From a virus, in the IMG/VR virus record IMGVR_UViG_3300038451_000147, positions 1 through 64,000 of that record: 64,000 nt of DNA, one strand, 5' to 3'. The stretch's first letter is position 1. Every line of letters starts with the position of its first letter. The notes below the pieces were generated by a model. That model was not told the DNA's origin. It made no database searches and worked only from the letters and a program-made list of their open reading frames with translations. The translations under genes and the position numbers were made by a program. This document shows positions 1-11,938 of the stretch, piece by piece.

Positions 1-550
1 ATGACATCTGACCTGACAAGACGATGCAAGTCCTTCGCGCACATAAAGATGAGGACTCAGAATTGGTGGTTCGTAAGTTGGTCAGACCACTACATGATAG
101 CGAAGTGGGTGGCATACCCATGAGCGAAGAGCGATTCCTCATAAAGTTCTCAGAACGCCTCAACACGGCACTAGGTACTGATGAGACGGGCATCTGGGAC
201 GGAGAGTTCCACACTAGCCTTGCTTACCGTCAGTGGACTGGCAAGAAGAAGTCCCGAATCTTACTTCCAGTCATAGCCACCTTCAAGAAGCGGGGATGGG
301 GATTCGAGATTGCCTACAGTGTCTACGTTGGCTCAGACGAAGACTTCTGGTCTTACGTTAAAGTCATGATTCCCAAGCGAACCAAGAGTATGTTCGACTC
401 AGCCCAAAGGAAGTTCCTGTGTGCATGAGATTCCACCTTTACAGACGCGCCCCAGACGGCAGACTTTACACTAATAGGCTCCTAGTTATCGGCCTATTCG
501 GAAGGTTTGTCTACTTTGAACGGAGAGGGAAGAGCCTTGGAAAAGAGACA

Positions 551-588
551 GAACCTTTATAAACCATCAGGAGAAAGGGGCTAGCATG
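551..588 (+). promoter_or_regulatory. Class A archaeal promoter (BRE-TATA, G-box, ATG 22 nt after TATA)
   Basis: GAACC-TTTATAAA(556-563)-N22-ATG(586). Same layout at 1460, 3020, 4995, 5362, 5935 and 8850. Confidence 0.75.
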
Positions 589-2554
589 GACAAAGCAGAA
601 CTCGCACAAGTTCTACGAAAGGCCCGATATACTGAGTTAGGAGACTACGGGGAATGGGCCTACTACAAGATAGCAGACATTGACTCGGTTATCGCGGCTC
701 TCGAATCGGGGTTGGAGATAGCATGACCTACATCGCAACCTACAGGGATGGAAAGGCAATTCTCAAAGACGAGTTGCCATCTTCTGAGGCTTTCGACTTG
801 GAGACTGCTTACAAAGAGGCAAAGAAGATAGCCAAGAAGAACGGATGGACATTAGTAAAGGTCGAACCAAAGGTCTATCCACCTGTGCCTCAGATAGTCT
901 ACCCACCAAGTCGAGACCGAGACCCTTGGCCAGACCACATCAAAGCAGAGCCAAAAGCAGATAGAGGGTGCGCCTATGGGTAAGAAGACTCTAGAGGGCG
1001 AAGTCTATTGGGCCGGATACGATGCTGGCTATGACATCAATGGTGAGTCAGAGACACTTCAAGACCTTCTCGGATTCTTCAACAAGAAGAGGGTTCGCAT
1101 CACAGTGGAAGACCTAGAGCCACAGGAAGAGATACTAACTGTGGCAGAGATGAGACCATGAAAGCCTCAAAAGGACTTGGGCTAGTAGCGGTATTCGAGT
1201 ATGCAGTTTGCATCCTCACAGCCATTGCTGGCATTCCAGTAGCACCCATAATTCTGGCTGGCTTTGCTGGATTCTTCACATGGGGAACACTTGAAGCATT
1301 GGATGATGAGAGAACATGACTCTCGAACTTCACAACGTCCGTATAATCAGAGTCGTCTCACAACCAGACGGCTCTTGGTTCCTTGAACTTAGTGGCAAGA
1401 CCAAGAATGGAATGACAGCGATAGTTGGTGGGCGATTGGAACCTAATCCGACCCCAATCTTTATTAACCACAAGGAGAAGGGGTAGGATATGGTATACGT
1501 CTTCCCAACGAAAGCAGAGCATGACCAGAACCATAAGGTTCTAGGAGCGACACCGCTAGAGGATTGCGTGTGGTGTGAATGGGAGTTTGAAGACATGGAA
1601 GACAGGACAAGGGGAGTCTAAATGGGTCTCTACAGAATCAGTTTCATAATCGGGGAGCCACTGAAACCAGACACTCAGACCAAGATAAGCAAAATGATTG
1701 AGGTCGAGAACGATGCTGAAGCCATTGCCAAAGTCAAGGCTGACCATCCAACGGATTTGGTTAAGATAACAAGTGTGAGCCAGTTACGTTGAACAGACTA
1801 AACAGAGTCCGAATGCTTGCTCTTAGAACCGATATTGAAAAGGCTCTAAAGAAAATGGATGCAAAAGAAGAAGGATGGATTAGTCAGGTTGACTATACTC
1901 TTTCTAATGCGCTCATCTTAGTAAAGGCTCTTGATAGAGAGATGAGGAAGAAATGAGATACACAAGACTGTATTGGGATGGCGAATGGCACGATGTTACG
2001 CTCGACTCCAAGCCACCCTTCGCACAGCAAGCCCTTACCCAATTGGTGACATTCGACAAATGAAGAGAGAAGCATTCAAGCCTACCGTCTTCCTCAAGCC
2101 CAAGTCAGTGACCATCGAGAACCTAATGACAGGAGCGATGTGTCTAGTCGTGGATAGTAAGGGATGGACGCACACCTTCTTCACTCGCGTAGACACAATC
2201 TCCATAAGTGAACGGACAGACATCTCACACAAAATCAAAAAGGGGCGGTTGACCGAATGATGGCCGAAGAGCAGATACAGTGCGGCAAGTGCGGTGGAAG
2301 GATGACGCACACAACAGCCTTGACCTACCCGCCCATCGAATGCTACAAGTGCCAAAAGTGTGGCCGTCACATAGACGACACCCCACTGTTGCCTAGCAAT
2401 GTGGTGATAATCAAGTGAGCGTCTTCTCTACAAGGTGTCCGAAGTGCGGTAGTCCGGCCACTGAATGGAGAGGCGAACTTGGTGGTGGACACCTGAATTG
2501 CTCTAACGAAAGGTGCATCAACTACCACAACCCTGAATTGAGAGGGACACACTG

Positions 2555-3026
2555 ATGCCTAGAGCCAAGAGTCCTCATAAGAGGGAATGGTGCAAGGAGC
2601 ATAGGAGACGGCACTGCCTCATCCACCATAAACACAAAAGGGGGAAATAAGACGAAATATGTATCCAACTCAAAGAGAGCACTTCAGACCAAAACGTGGA
2701 AACAGAGGCACAGAACCAGAGTTAATGAAATCAATGCCAAGTCAAGGAACAAACTCAAACTTGAAGTCCTCATCCATTATTCTGGAACAGACCCGCCTCA
2801 GTGTGCCAACCCCTTCGGAGAACATAAGGAGCCTTACACCACCTTTGAGGCTTTATCTATTGACCATCCGAAAGGCAATGGAGCCAAGTTTAGAAAGAAA
2901 CATGGAATGCACATCTGTTGGTGGCTCAAGAAGCACAATTACCCAAAGGGATACCAATGTCTTTGCATGAACTGTCAGTGGATAAAGCGTCACCGAAACA
3001 AAGAGTGGGGAAAGAAACCCTTATAA
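2555..3026 (+). pseudogene. Frameshifted HNH-like endonuclease, missed by the ORF track
   Basis: The ATG2555 frame stops at TAA2648 just after a G5 run. The +1 frame continues as ...LEVLIHYSG...CANPF...LSIDHPKGNG...YPKGYQCLCMNCQWIKR to TAA3026, matching the 23031-23429 family. Confidence 0.75.
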
Positions 3027-3373
3027 ACCCTAATGCTGTAGGGGTCGCCATGAGCGTTCAGCACCCGACCCAAGAAGAGATGAGAGGAATATATCGTGTA
3101 GTCCTCAGACTTGAACAATACTACAAACTCCATCCTGAAAGGAGAGAATCAAGTGCAACCAAATGGATGAACATTCACGGCAAGCACAAGAGAGGTCTCT
3201 AGAATGCCCACCAAAGTCCGAAGTCCATACGAAGAGACCGAGCCGAGAATCATGCTTCAAATTCTCTACAATCTCATTGCATATTACAGTAAATATGGGT
3301 GGAGTAGCAAAGAAATAAGCCGATTAAAGCGATTGGCCAAGGTCTACGTCAAGAAGACAGGTGGCATCACCCA

Positions 3374-3826
3374 TTGACCGAGTTAGTTCTCTCAGCCAAG
3401 GGTAAGGCTCGGATGCTCAAGATGATAAAAGACACGCTAGGAGAGGAAGCATGGTGCAAGAAGCAGATGAAGCCTTTCATGGCTGGCAAGATGAAGACCG
3501 AAGTGATGTTCACTAGAGCCTATTGGACTGTCACTGATAGTTGCGCCGTCAACAAGGAGAAGCGCATAGGCCAGCCTTTCCTCACAAACAGTTACATAGT
3601 GGGTCACGATGGCAACGGCTATATGCACTATAGCAAACCAGATGCTCACTTCTTTGAAGTTCGCACCTGTCGGGGCTATCTGTATATGATGGGCGAGAAG
3701 ATGGTGATAGACACCTACCCTGACATCGGAAAAATAGCCAACACAGGAGTTGAGAAAGTCCAACTTGACAAAGTGAAGTTGGATGAGAACAACATCCACA
3801 TCATCTTGGGGCCAGCAATTTGGTAA
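3374..3826 (+). CDS. Hypothetical protein
   Basis: 150-aa ORF in the + strand gene run. Confidence 0.6.
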   Translation: MTELVLSAKGKARMLKMIKDTLGEEAWCKKQMKPFMAGKMKTEVMFTRAYWTVTDSCAVNKEKRIGQPFLTNSYIVGHDGNGYMHYSKPDAHFFEVRTCRGYLYMMGEKMVIDTYPDIGKIANTGVEKVQLDKVKLDENNIHIILGPAIW

Positions 3827-5965
3827 TGATGGAAGTCTTCAGATATGACCGTAGGAAAGTGGAGTTAGAGCCAGTAGGGACTTTTGCTTTCTTTCAGAAG
3901 AATGGCAACTGTTCAGAGGAAGTCGTAGAATACCTAGAAACGATTGAGGTTTCGGACAGAGACTTAAAGGGATTTCATGCCATCAAAGACCTGCAAAAGA
4001 AGTATCAAGACCAAAAGAAATACAAGGCAAAAGGATACTTCTAATGACCGATACAGTTGTAGACTATTGGCTCAACGGAAGACACTACCCACCCATCAGC
4101 GTAGAGGTTGCAGACGACTTCGAGTCACTGGCAAGAAGGTTAGGCCAGATTGTGGAACGCACCCCTCTCCAACTCAAGATAACACAGGGAAGCGGGAGAC
4201 TCTATTGATTCACACTTACAACAAACGGATAGCCGTCATCCTTCACCAACTGCTAGATGAATGTGAAGCCATCGTCTCAGTAGGTGACAATCAGATAAAA
4301 CAAGAACTCTGGAACTCGAAGGGCAACGTCAGAGGCATGAATCGGAACAAGGCTGGAAGACAGCAACGGATAGATTGGTTCAATGCTAGGTCGGATGCAG
4401 CAGTGGAAGTGGCCAAGACAATCCTTCAAGTCTCGCCCACCAAACTCCATGTGCCACCGACTCTCAAAGAGCATGGCGTAGGAAGGAAGTTCTTTTGACT
4501 TACTGGACTCGCACCGACTACTTCACTTGCAACCACATCTACAAGGTAGACTCTAACAACCGCGACCTACACCTTGAGAAATGCCCTCAGTGCAATGTGG
4601 GAGACTACCAATACTCTTCGATAGCGACTGATGAGAAGGAACGACCAGAGCCTAGACCGCAACCCGAATACTGGCCGAGCGCGGAAGGTGAGGGAACAGG
4701 ATACTGGACGCTCCAAGGCACACCTATCGAGCCACCCAATGTGACATCAGGAACAGGAGCCACAGTAAGCAACTGTGTTCGCTTCACTGATTACCCTACG
4801 ATTCAAGACGCTGGAAACCTCTACAGAACCATCCTAAGTAGCGGCTCATCCTATACCGAGAGTCTTTCAGAAGAGCATCCGTTTCCAGACTCTACTCACA
4901 ACCATGCCAACTGTCTAATATGCAGAAGGGCAACACAAAGAGACCATGAAGACGCTTCACACTTCCCAGAGGAAGAGCAACATGAATAGCAACCTTTATA
5001 AACTCTCAAGACAAGGGGTAGGGATATGGTAAAAGAAGACGTTGACAAGTTGAACGGACGCCAGATTCGCAGGGTTCGGCTCGAATGCGATTGGTGCAAC
5101 TGGAAGCGCATCGTGACTATGCTCGACATCGAAGATGCCATCCAACAGCACTACAAGTCTACCTACGGTGAGCAGATTCTAGGCGAGAAGGAAGCGCGAC
5201 ACTACGGCCACCCCTACATTCAGATACAAGTGGTGTCGGTCTGTGGGTAGCGAGACCAAGAAGAAGCCAGTCTGCTGGCGATGTGGTGGAGAGATAGTCA
5301 CAAAGGGAGACTACCAAGTGTGCAAAAAATGTGGGGCGTTCTTTCCCTGAAGGGCAATATCCTTATAAGGGCGTTCTCACATGGGTAGGGCCATGAGCCT
5401 AGAGGATTCGGAATTGGAAGAGGACATTGAAGACTTCGATGAGGACGGATGGGAAGAGGACATAGATGAAGAGGATGGGTTCTAGATGAGCATCTTCAAT
5501 CGCAAACCAAAGCCTATCGAGACTGAGAGAGGCCAAGTATGGTGGAGAGACTTCGCATGGTAACACTCAACAAGGTGACTATCCCAACGATGGCCAAAGC
5601 AATCGTTCAAGTCGAGTCAGCCGAGCCTCTAGTCGCATTGAAATGCTCTAGTTGCGGAGCGAACTTCAATCCATCTACAAAACACTGCGAGTATTGCGGC
5701 ACATGGTTCGGCCCACCTATTCAAAAGCGTGTGGCTAACACCATTGACAATGATGTAATCGTTGAAAGCCATTTCGCTGAGTTGATTCGTGCATCAAACA
5801 AGTTCAAATCCTTGGGGTTGCTATCAGGATGAAAGGGAAGAAACTAGAGAAGATACCATGCTTCTGCATCAAGCATCACATGACCGACTTCTGCTTATGG
5901 AGAAAACTTTCAGGGTTGCCACCAGTGGAGAACCCTTAAATAGTCTTAGGAGTAGGGGTAGCAAC

Positions 5966-6277
5966 ATGAGCAAAGATGAAAAGGCAACGGCCATTCTCTC
6001 AACTCCCTTTGAAATAAGAGACTTCATGAAAGGATATTATAGAGAAGTCTATGTGACAGGGCAAGTGCTGTCCAGTTTGGTTAAGTGTATGACGGCTTAC
6101 CCTAGTCTGAGGCTAGGCCAGTTGCTCTATTGCGCTATTACCCGCAATTATCAGTTAGATGGAGTAAAAGACGTAACAGATGAAATGCTAGGATGCGCTC
6201 TTTTCACCATTTATGACGAGTCCCTAATAGAAGCCTTGGACAAGTTCACTGAGGCAAAGGAGAAGGGAAAGAAATGA
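5966..6277 (+). CDS. Hypothetical protein (start revised to ATG5966)
   Basis: CTTAAATA(5935-5942)-N23-ATG with a GGGGT box. Confidence 0.6.
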   Translation: MSKDEKATAILSTPFEIRDFMKGYYREVYVTGQVLSSLVKCMTAYPSLRLGQLLYCAITRNYQLDGVKDVTDEMLGCALFTIYDESLIEALDKFTEAKEKGKK

Positions 6278-7089
6278 GTGAACCACAACACATCAATTTT
6301 AATCGGACAATCTATGTGGACGGTAGTATGGCGTGTCTCTGCACGAAAGACGATGCTCCATTCTTTGAGGCCGCTTACAAGAAGTTGTTTCCGACAGCCG
6401 CCATCCAAATCCTTACAACTCTACAGAACGTCAAGCGTAAGCAAGCACAAGCAGAGGAATTAGAAGTGGATGAGGTAGAAGCCTCAGAGAGTGCATGACA
6501 TGGAACTAGACGGAGCATGGAATCGGAAGTTGACGGTAGCATTCATCGTGGCAGTTGCGCTTTTCGTCATAGGCTTAGTCGGCTTGGTGGTAACATGAAT
6601 CAGAGACAGTTCTGGGCAATCATGTTTCTGATGCTACTGGCTATAGCCATCGTTATACTATTGGGGAATCCCTACGGGAGACCGTTGCCATGACCGTAGG
6701 ACGAACCGAAATACTCGCTAACGAAATGCTCGTAAGCGAAGCCTTGAAAGCGCGAGACGCGGAGACTGCTGAGACAGTCGAAGAGCCGACAGTCGTTCAG
6801 TCCATCCATGAGTTGGAACTGGCCAAGATAGACGAAGAGTATGCCATCCATCCGAGTCAAACCCTATTAGACGAGAGGCTCAAGACTCTGATTCAGATGA
6901 TGAAAGAGAGGGGTCGGCATTGGTAGACTGGAAGTTCTGGGAGAAGAAGAAGGACGCGCCTAAAAAGTCCAGAGTCTACTTCTCGATTGACACAACCACA
7001 CCTTCCGAGACCAAGAAGATTGACATCGAGATAGAAGCCAACGCACCATATGAAGACCTCATAGAAAAGGCAAAAGAGATGGCCGAGAG

Positions 7090-7380
7090 ATGATTAGCAA
7101 ACACACCCTCAAACTGAAAACAAAGACCGACCTCAAGGGTTCATTCGACTTCTACTTTGAGCAACAGTCTCTAAAGGAGATAGCCCACAGCATGATAGGC
7201 CAGCCCATTTATGATGGGAAGGGAACCTCAGTCGAGAACATCATAGGGAAGATTCTGAGCGCATGGGTCTCAGATGAGAAGGGAGACATCATCTATGAGG
7301 CCGAACTATCCAAAGAGGGTGAGGTCTTGCAGAAGGTCAAGAAGGGCTATCGTCCTGAGAACTCGGTAGGGTTGCCATGA
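7090..7380 (+). CDS. Short protein resembling a fragment of a caudoviral prohead protease
   Basis: Pattern SLKEIAHSMIGQPI...IIGKILSAW...IIYEAEL...KVKKG...SVG. Only 96 aa. Confidence 0.35.
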   Translation: MISKHTLKLKTKTDLKGSFDFYFEQQSLKEIAHSMIGQPIYDGKGTSVENIIGKILSAWVSDEKGDIIYEAELSKEGEVLQKVKKGYRPENSVGLP

Positions 7381-7655
7381 AAGTCTATCACGGAACCGAC
7401 CAGTTCTACCAACATCTGAGAAGCGGAACCTTCGTCACCAAGAACAAGAGGGACGCTTGGAAGTTCGGCTTTAGACGAGCCTACGAAAGCGCGAGTCCAA
7501 TCGTCTTCATCTACACCCTTGAAGTAGACCGAGAGAATCTACAACCAGACCCCAACCGAAACAGAGCCTTTACCCTTGTCCGACCAATCTATGAGTTCAC
7601 AATGGAAACCAATCATACCTATGAAGTCCCATACAGCATGAGGCTCTACCCATGA
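7377..7655 (+). CDS. Possible small ADP-ribosyltransferase-fold protein
   Basis: VYHGT...FVT....A..F...IYTLEV pattern typical of small phage ART-like domains. Confidence 0.4.
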   Translation: MKVYHGTDQFYQHLRSGTFVTKNKRDAWKFGFRRAYESASPIVFIYTLEVDRENLQPDPNRNRAFTLVRPIYEFTMETNHTYEVPYSMRLYP

Positions 7656-8257
7656 TTCCTCTTCCCTGTCCAAAGACTCCTATTCCAGAAGACCTGATGA
7701 AGTTAGGAGTAGTCCAGTTCACAAGGGATTCCTACCCCAACCCACAGTATGACAGATTGGACTTCATCCTTTCCATGAGGGGCTATGAACTCTACACTAT
7801 GGAGAGTCTGAAGAGGGACTACAAGGAATGGAAGGAACCAAGGGAGTCACCCAAGAAGTGGCAAGACCTTCTTGAGCCGCTTCCTGCAAAATTCGGCATT
7901 CACGACAAACAGCCAAGGCACGACAAGTTCGAGATAGCCTACGCCAAGAGGGAGTTCAAGGAATACAAAGACGACCTCAAGAAACTGCCTACCCTTGAGA
8001 AGTGGGCCAAAGCAGAGATAGGCAAAGAGTTCTATCAGATGGTGTTGAATCACAGCAATCTCTACCATCTCATAAGATATGGAATGATGACAACCACAAC
8101 CAGTGGGGTTTCTATCGAAGCCATCGCCTCTATGCTAGAACGACAATACAACAAGATGAGAGAAGCGGCCAGAAAGAACTTTGTCGTTCTTGACCCCAAA
8201 CTAACGGCGTATGTTGGCAAGATTCCGCGTTTCCCACATTGGATAGTAGCACCATGA
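7652..8257 (+). CDS. Hypothetical protein
   Basis: 201-aa ORF overlapping its neighbours. Confidence 0.65.
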   Translation: MIPLPCPKTPIPEDLMKLGVVQFTRDSYPNPQYDRLDFILSMRGYELYTMESLKRDYKEWKEPRESPKKWQDLLEPLPAKFGIHDKQPRHDKFEIAYAKREFKEYKDDLKKLPTLEKWAKAEIGKEFYQMVLNHSNLYHLIRYGMMTTTTSGVSIEAIASMLERQYNKMREAARKNFVVLDPKLTAYVGKIPRFPHWIVAP

Positions 8258-8411
8258 AACCTCTCAAAGCAGAACCAGATAAATGGGTTGAAAGAGTAGG
8301 ATGGACACGAACTCAACGACTGCTTGCGTGTTGCTGGACTTGCGATGAAGAGTTAGAAAACAGAGAAGAGATTCAAGAGCATCTCGACAAAAAACATTCA
8401 GTAGGTCAAGA

Positions 8412-8876
8412 GTGGCTTTGATAGTCGTCCACATAGATGGGATGTGTGCAGAGAAGAACCCTAACGGAGTAGGGACTTACGCTTGCATCATAAGAGACGG
8501 CAAGAAGCAAATCTACAGGGGTGCAGGATTCATCGGAGAGGGGCAGGGGATGTCTAGTAATACAAGTGAATACTGCGCTCTGATTGACGCTTTGGATACG
8601 CTAGAAAGGAAGGGCTTACTCAATGCAAATATAATCCTCTACACCGACTCTCAAGTGCTGGCCAAGCAGATGTCCGGCGAATGGAAGGCTGTCAAAGGCT
8701 ACTACTTGAAGTATTACCTTGAGGCCAAGGAACTGAGGAATAAGTTCACCCGTCTCGCGTTCCAGTGGATACCGAGAGAGGAAAACGAAGAGGCGGATGC
8801 CATCACCAATCAGGTCTATGAGGACTGGTGCAAAGCCAACGGTAGAAAGTTTATAAAGGCTGAGAACAAGGGGTAA
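8412..8876 (+). CDS. rnhA: Ribonuclease HI
   Basis: HIDG..NP.G, SNTSEY.ALI.AL, YTDSQ and WIPREENEEAD motifs, giving the D/E/D/D active site. Confidence 0.9.
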   Translation: MALIVVHIDGMCAEKNPNGVGTYACIIRDGKKQIYRGAGFIGEGQGMSSNTSEYCALIDALDTLERKGLLNANIILYTDSQVLAKQMSGEWKAVKGYYLKYYLEAKELRNKFTRLAFQWIPREENEEADAITNQVYEDWCKANGRKFIKAENKG

Positions 8877-10046
8877 GAGTATGACAACACCACCGAAGCC
8901 AAAGGTAAAGTGGACTCTGAGCATGGCGTTCTTTGTTGTGTTCATCGCTACGTTCTGCTCCTTGATAGTGACAGGTCTAGCGTGGTTCATTCTATGGGCG
9001 TTCTCTTACGGTATAGAGGTCGGAACGATAGGAACCTTTGGACTGGTATGTGTCGTGAGTTTCCTCTTGTGGCTCATAGCGGAGAACGTGAAGGGAAGAT
9101 AGAGATTTGACCTTTGCAAGACGCAAGAAGTGGAATGCAATCAGGAAGCGCAGGGAGATTTCGCATCAGCACATCCTTTCAGAACGGGCTAGAAAGGGAG
9201 AGAAGAAAGAGGGGAAGAAAGAGAAATGAGTTACTCAGCAAAGGAAACCTTCAAAAACGGGTTTGGCTGTGACTTCTGTTTGTTGAAAGGTGAGGACTCG
9301 GATTTCGAGTGCGAGTGCTTGAAGCCTTGCGGAGAACCGTGTTGCCAATCAGAGGTAGAAGAATGAGCCATAAGGAATGTAGCATTGCCAGCCACCGACA
9401 CGGAGCAAAGATTAGAGAAGGGATGACCGAATGTATGCCACCACACGGAAAGAACGGTTTCCACCTGTTCAATGGTCGTGAAGTCAAACTTTGGGGAAAC
9501 CCGATACCGCTTGTCATCTGCTCGAAATGCGGTCTCGTTGGCGCATACTACGGGTGCAATAACGTATGACCTGTGGATGCGGTTACAAGGGGCCAGAAAT
9601 CAAGATGGCCTTTGATGTTGATGAAGCGTATGACTACCTCAGAAAGAACGGGTTTGTCTACACCGTTAGACCGTCAACTGGATGGACGAAAGGCCCATAC
9701 AAGAGACTCGTTCATCTTCATCGTAAGCACAAATGGACAGGAGAGACAGCCATGAAGGAAGGGGTTGACTTCGGAACTGGTGGCGGCAACCTTATGTTAT
9801 CAATGGGAACATGGATTGCCGACAAGAACCTTCATAGGATAGACGCAAGCGGGTTCAAGACACCGGAAGATTGGTATGCCAAACTCGTTGAATGGCATAG
9901 AGAGGAAATCACTTCCTTCAGGTGGGCTATCTTTGAGGTTACTCTAGTAAAATGAGCGAATGTGATATGGATACAGATGCCAACGCGCCCGAATGGTGCG
10001 AGAAGTGCAAAGCCATCTATCCTAAGAGATGTGAAAAGCATTCAAA

Positions 10047-10793
10047 ATGAAAGTCATGGTAATGTCGGACATCCATTACGAGAAGGACTTCCATCATCGA
10101 ATATGGGAAGGAGACGCTCTCAAGTGGATACTCTCGATGGTTGAGCAACACTACCCATCAGACTTAGTGCTTCTCGGAGATACAGGTTATTCGTGGGACG
10201 AAGAAGAATGGGAGACCTTGCTAGAGAAGATTAGAGTCCACGCTATCTACGGCAATCACGACAATGTGCAAATGATGAAATCTCTTCGGAACGTAGACCG
10301 AAGTAAGGTATGGGCCAAAGACGGCGAAGTGCGCGAAATCCAAGGATTGAAGTTCGGCTTCATCAACAGCATCATGGGGTTCGATAAAGAACGAAGACGT
10401 AGAAGGAACTATAAGGAAGTTTACCAAGGGCATACAACCGACATAATGTGGGTTCCAAGACTCTTCCCTGAAGAGTATCTACAGTATGCCAACATTCTTG
10501 CCGAGAAGCGGATAGACGCGCTTTGCACCCATGCCAGTATTCCATTCCCATCTGATGGCAAGAGATTCCATCCTTCTGAAGAGTTCGATACCCTCAACCA
10601 AGTCCTCAATATAATCAAACCACATATATGGTTTAGCGGCCATCTCTCTGGCCCTTATGCTGTAAGTTGGGCGCAAGACAGCATATTTATCAGAGTAGAT
10701 TCATCGCCACAAGAGAAGCACTATCTCTTAGTTGCAGACAAAATCCTTATCTACCATGACCATGACCTAATAGAACAGGTAGACTATTCATGA
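10047..10793 (+). CDS. Calcineurin-like metallophosphoesterase
   Basis: SDIH, LGD, GNHD, TH and SGH motifs. Confidence 0.9.
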   Translation: MKVMVMSDIHYEKDFHHRIWEGDALKWILSMVEQHYPSDLVLLGDTGYSWDEEEWETLLEKIRVHAIYGNHDNVQMMKSLRNVDRSKVWAKDGEVREIQGLKFGFINSIMGFDKERRRRRNYKEVYQGHTTDIMWVPRLFPEEYLQYANILAEKRIDALCTHASIPFPSDGKRFHPSEEFDTLNQVLNIIKPHIWFSGHLSGPYAVSWAQDSIFIRVDSSPQEKHYLLVADKILIYHDHDLIEQVDYS

Positions 10794-11440
10794 AGACCCT
10801 CTTCAAGACCGTAGTGGGAGCGCACATCTGGCACATGGAACATGAGGGTTCCGATACAGATATCTTTGAATGCTATCAGACTCCTACCATAGACCTACTA
10901 AGAGGAAAGGGCGGGATACGGAGTTTCTTCGAGCCTCATCAGACGGGCAACAGAGACATAGCCCAACACGAACTACAGACTGTAGTGAACCAACTCCTGA
11001 AGGGCAACCTCAACTTTGTCCTTGGTGTGATGTCTCCGATAAGAGAATGCTCTAGTGATACCCATATACAACTGATTGACCTCTTTTTAAAGCACCCACC
11101 CAAGAACCTCTACCATTCACTGAGAGGCATGGCCATCCATAATGTGAAACTCTATCAGGACGAGTTGGACTACCGCACCAAGAAGGTCAACACCATACTC
11201 CGAATCCTGAGATTGGGGATTGCCTATCTCACATCAGGAGACCTGAAGTTTGAACCCTACTATGGAACTAGGTCTGAGATAGACTCCAACATCAAGGCTC
11301 TCGATGAAGCCTACAAAGTCTCTGCACTCGAAGAGAAACTCCCTGAAGACAAACTTCGCAACATCCTCTACAACGCAAGAATCAAAGACCTGAACGAAGA
11401 GAACGACTGTTCCTACATCTGCGATAAGTATGAACCTTAA
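10790..11440 (+). CDS. Pol-beta superfamily nucleotidyltransferase (RlaP/YcgL-like)
   Basis: VVGAHIW...SDTD motif, L.KGN.N....V.SP, helical C-terminus. Confidence 0.7.
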   Translation: MKTLFKTVVGAHIWHMEHEGSDTDIFECYQTPTIDLLRGKGGIRSFFEPHQTGNRDIAQHELQTVVNQLLKGNLNFVLGVMSPIRECSSDTHIQLIDLFLKHPPKNLYHSLRGMAIHNVKLYQDELDYRTKKVNTILRILRLGIAYLTSGDLKFEPYYGTRSEIDSNIKALDEAYKVSALEEKLPEDKLRNILYNARIKDLNEENDCSYICDKYEP

Positions 11441-11692
11441 GATACTAGCATAGGCACTTTCTTCTCAATAGGCTTGCACTGGCACAAGCCTACAGGGTTA
11501 TTGCAACCATAACAATTCTCTGGTTCATTAGCACTGAGGCGAAAGGTTGTCCGACCGCACCAACAGGGTGATAGATACCTCTTAGTTATCTGAGCCACTT
11601 CGTTCTTCGAGATGTCCTTCCTCTCGATTCGCCCCTTCAGTATCCGCTTACTCATAAGCAGACTCTCACTTCATCACCTTATAAGGATTGTG

Positions 11693-11938
11693 CTAGAGCC
11701 TCAGAAGGTATTCCCAGAGGTTGTAAGTAAGGAAGGTTGTAACGGCGGCAACCAAAATGCTCTCTCCCCACAACTTCCAATCATAAGTTATGTATGCTAC
11801 ACCTACCAAAACAAGACCAAGAGCAAAAGAAAGGTAGGTGGGCGCGTGGACGAAAGTAAGTTCTATAAGACTATAGATGATACCAAACACAAAGGCAGTA
11901 GCGAGAACAAACGCATCATCGCTGTCCATGCTTCTCAA
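11693..11938 (-). CDS. Small membrane protein
   Basis: Three hydrophobic segments. Confidence 0.6.
   Translation of the reverse strand: MRSMDSDDAFVLATAFVFGIIYSLIELTFVHAPTYLSFALGLVLVGVAYITYDWKLWGESILVAAVTTFLTYNLWEYLLRL

Larger units (their letters stand above)
24..10040 (+). other. Early/accessory region of densely packed small hypothetical ORFs, many with CxxC motifs
   Basis: Head-to-tail + strand ORFs with overlapping stop/start codons, interspersed with TATA promoters. Most have no recognisable motif. Confidence 0.7.

Noticed and set aside
2659-2970. 103-aa ORF call and the first part of the 2918-3202 ORF
   Set aside because: These are off-frame shadows of the frameshifted HNH gene. The second gene more likely starts at ATG3050.
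5790-5825. tRNA-like T-arm sequence GTTCAAATCC
   Set aside because: It lies inside an ORF with no cloverleaf pairing. No tRNA was recognised in the window.
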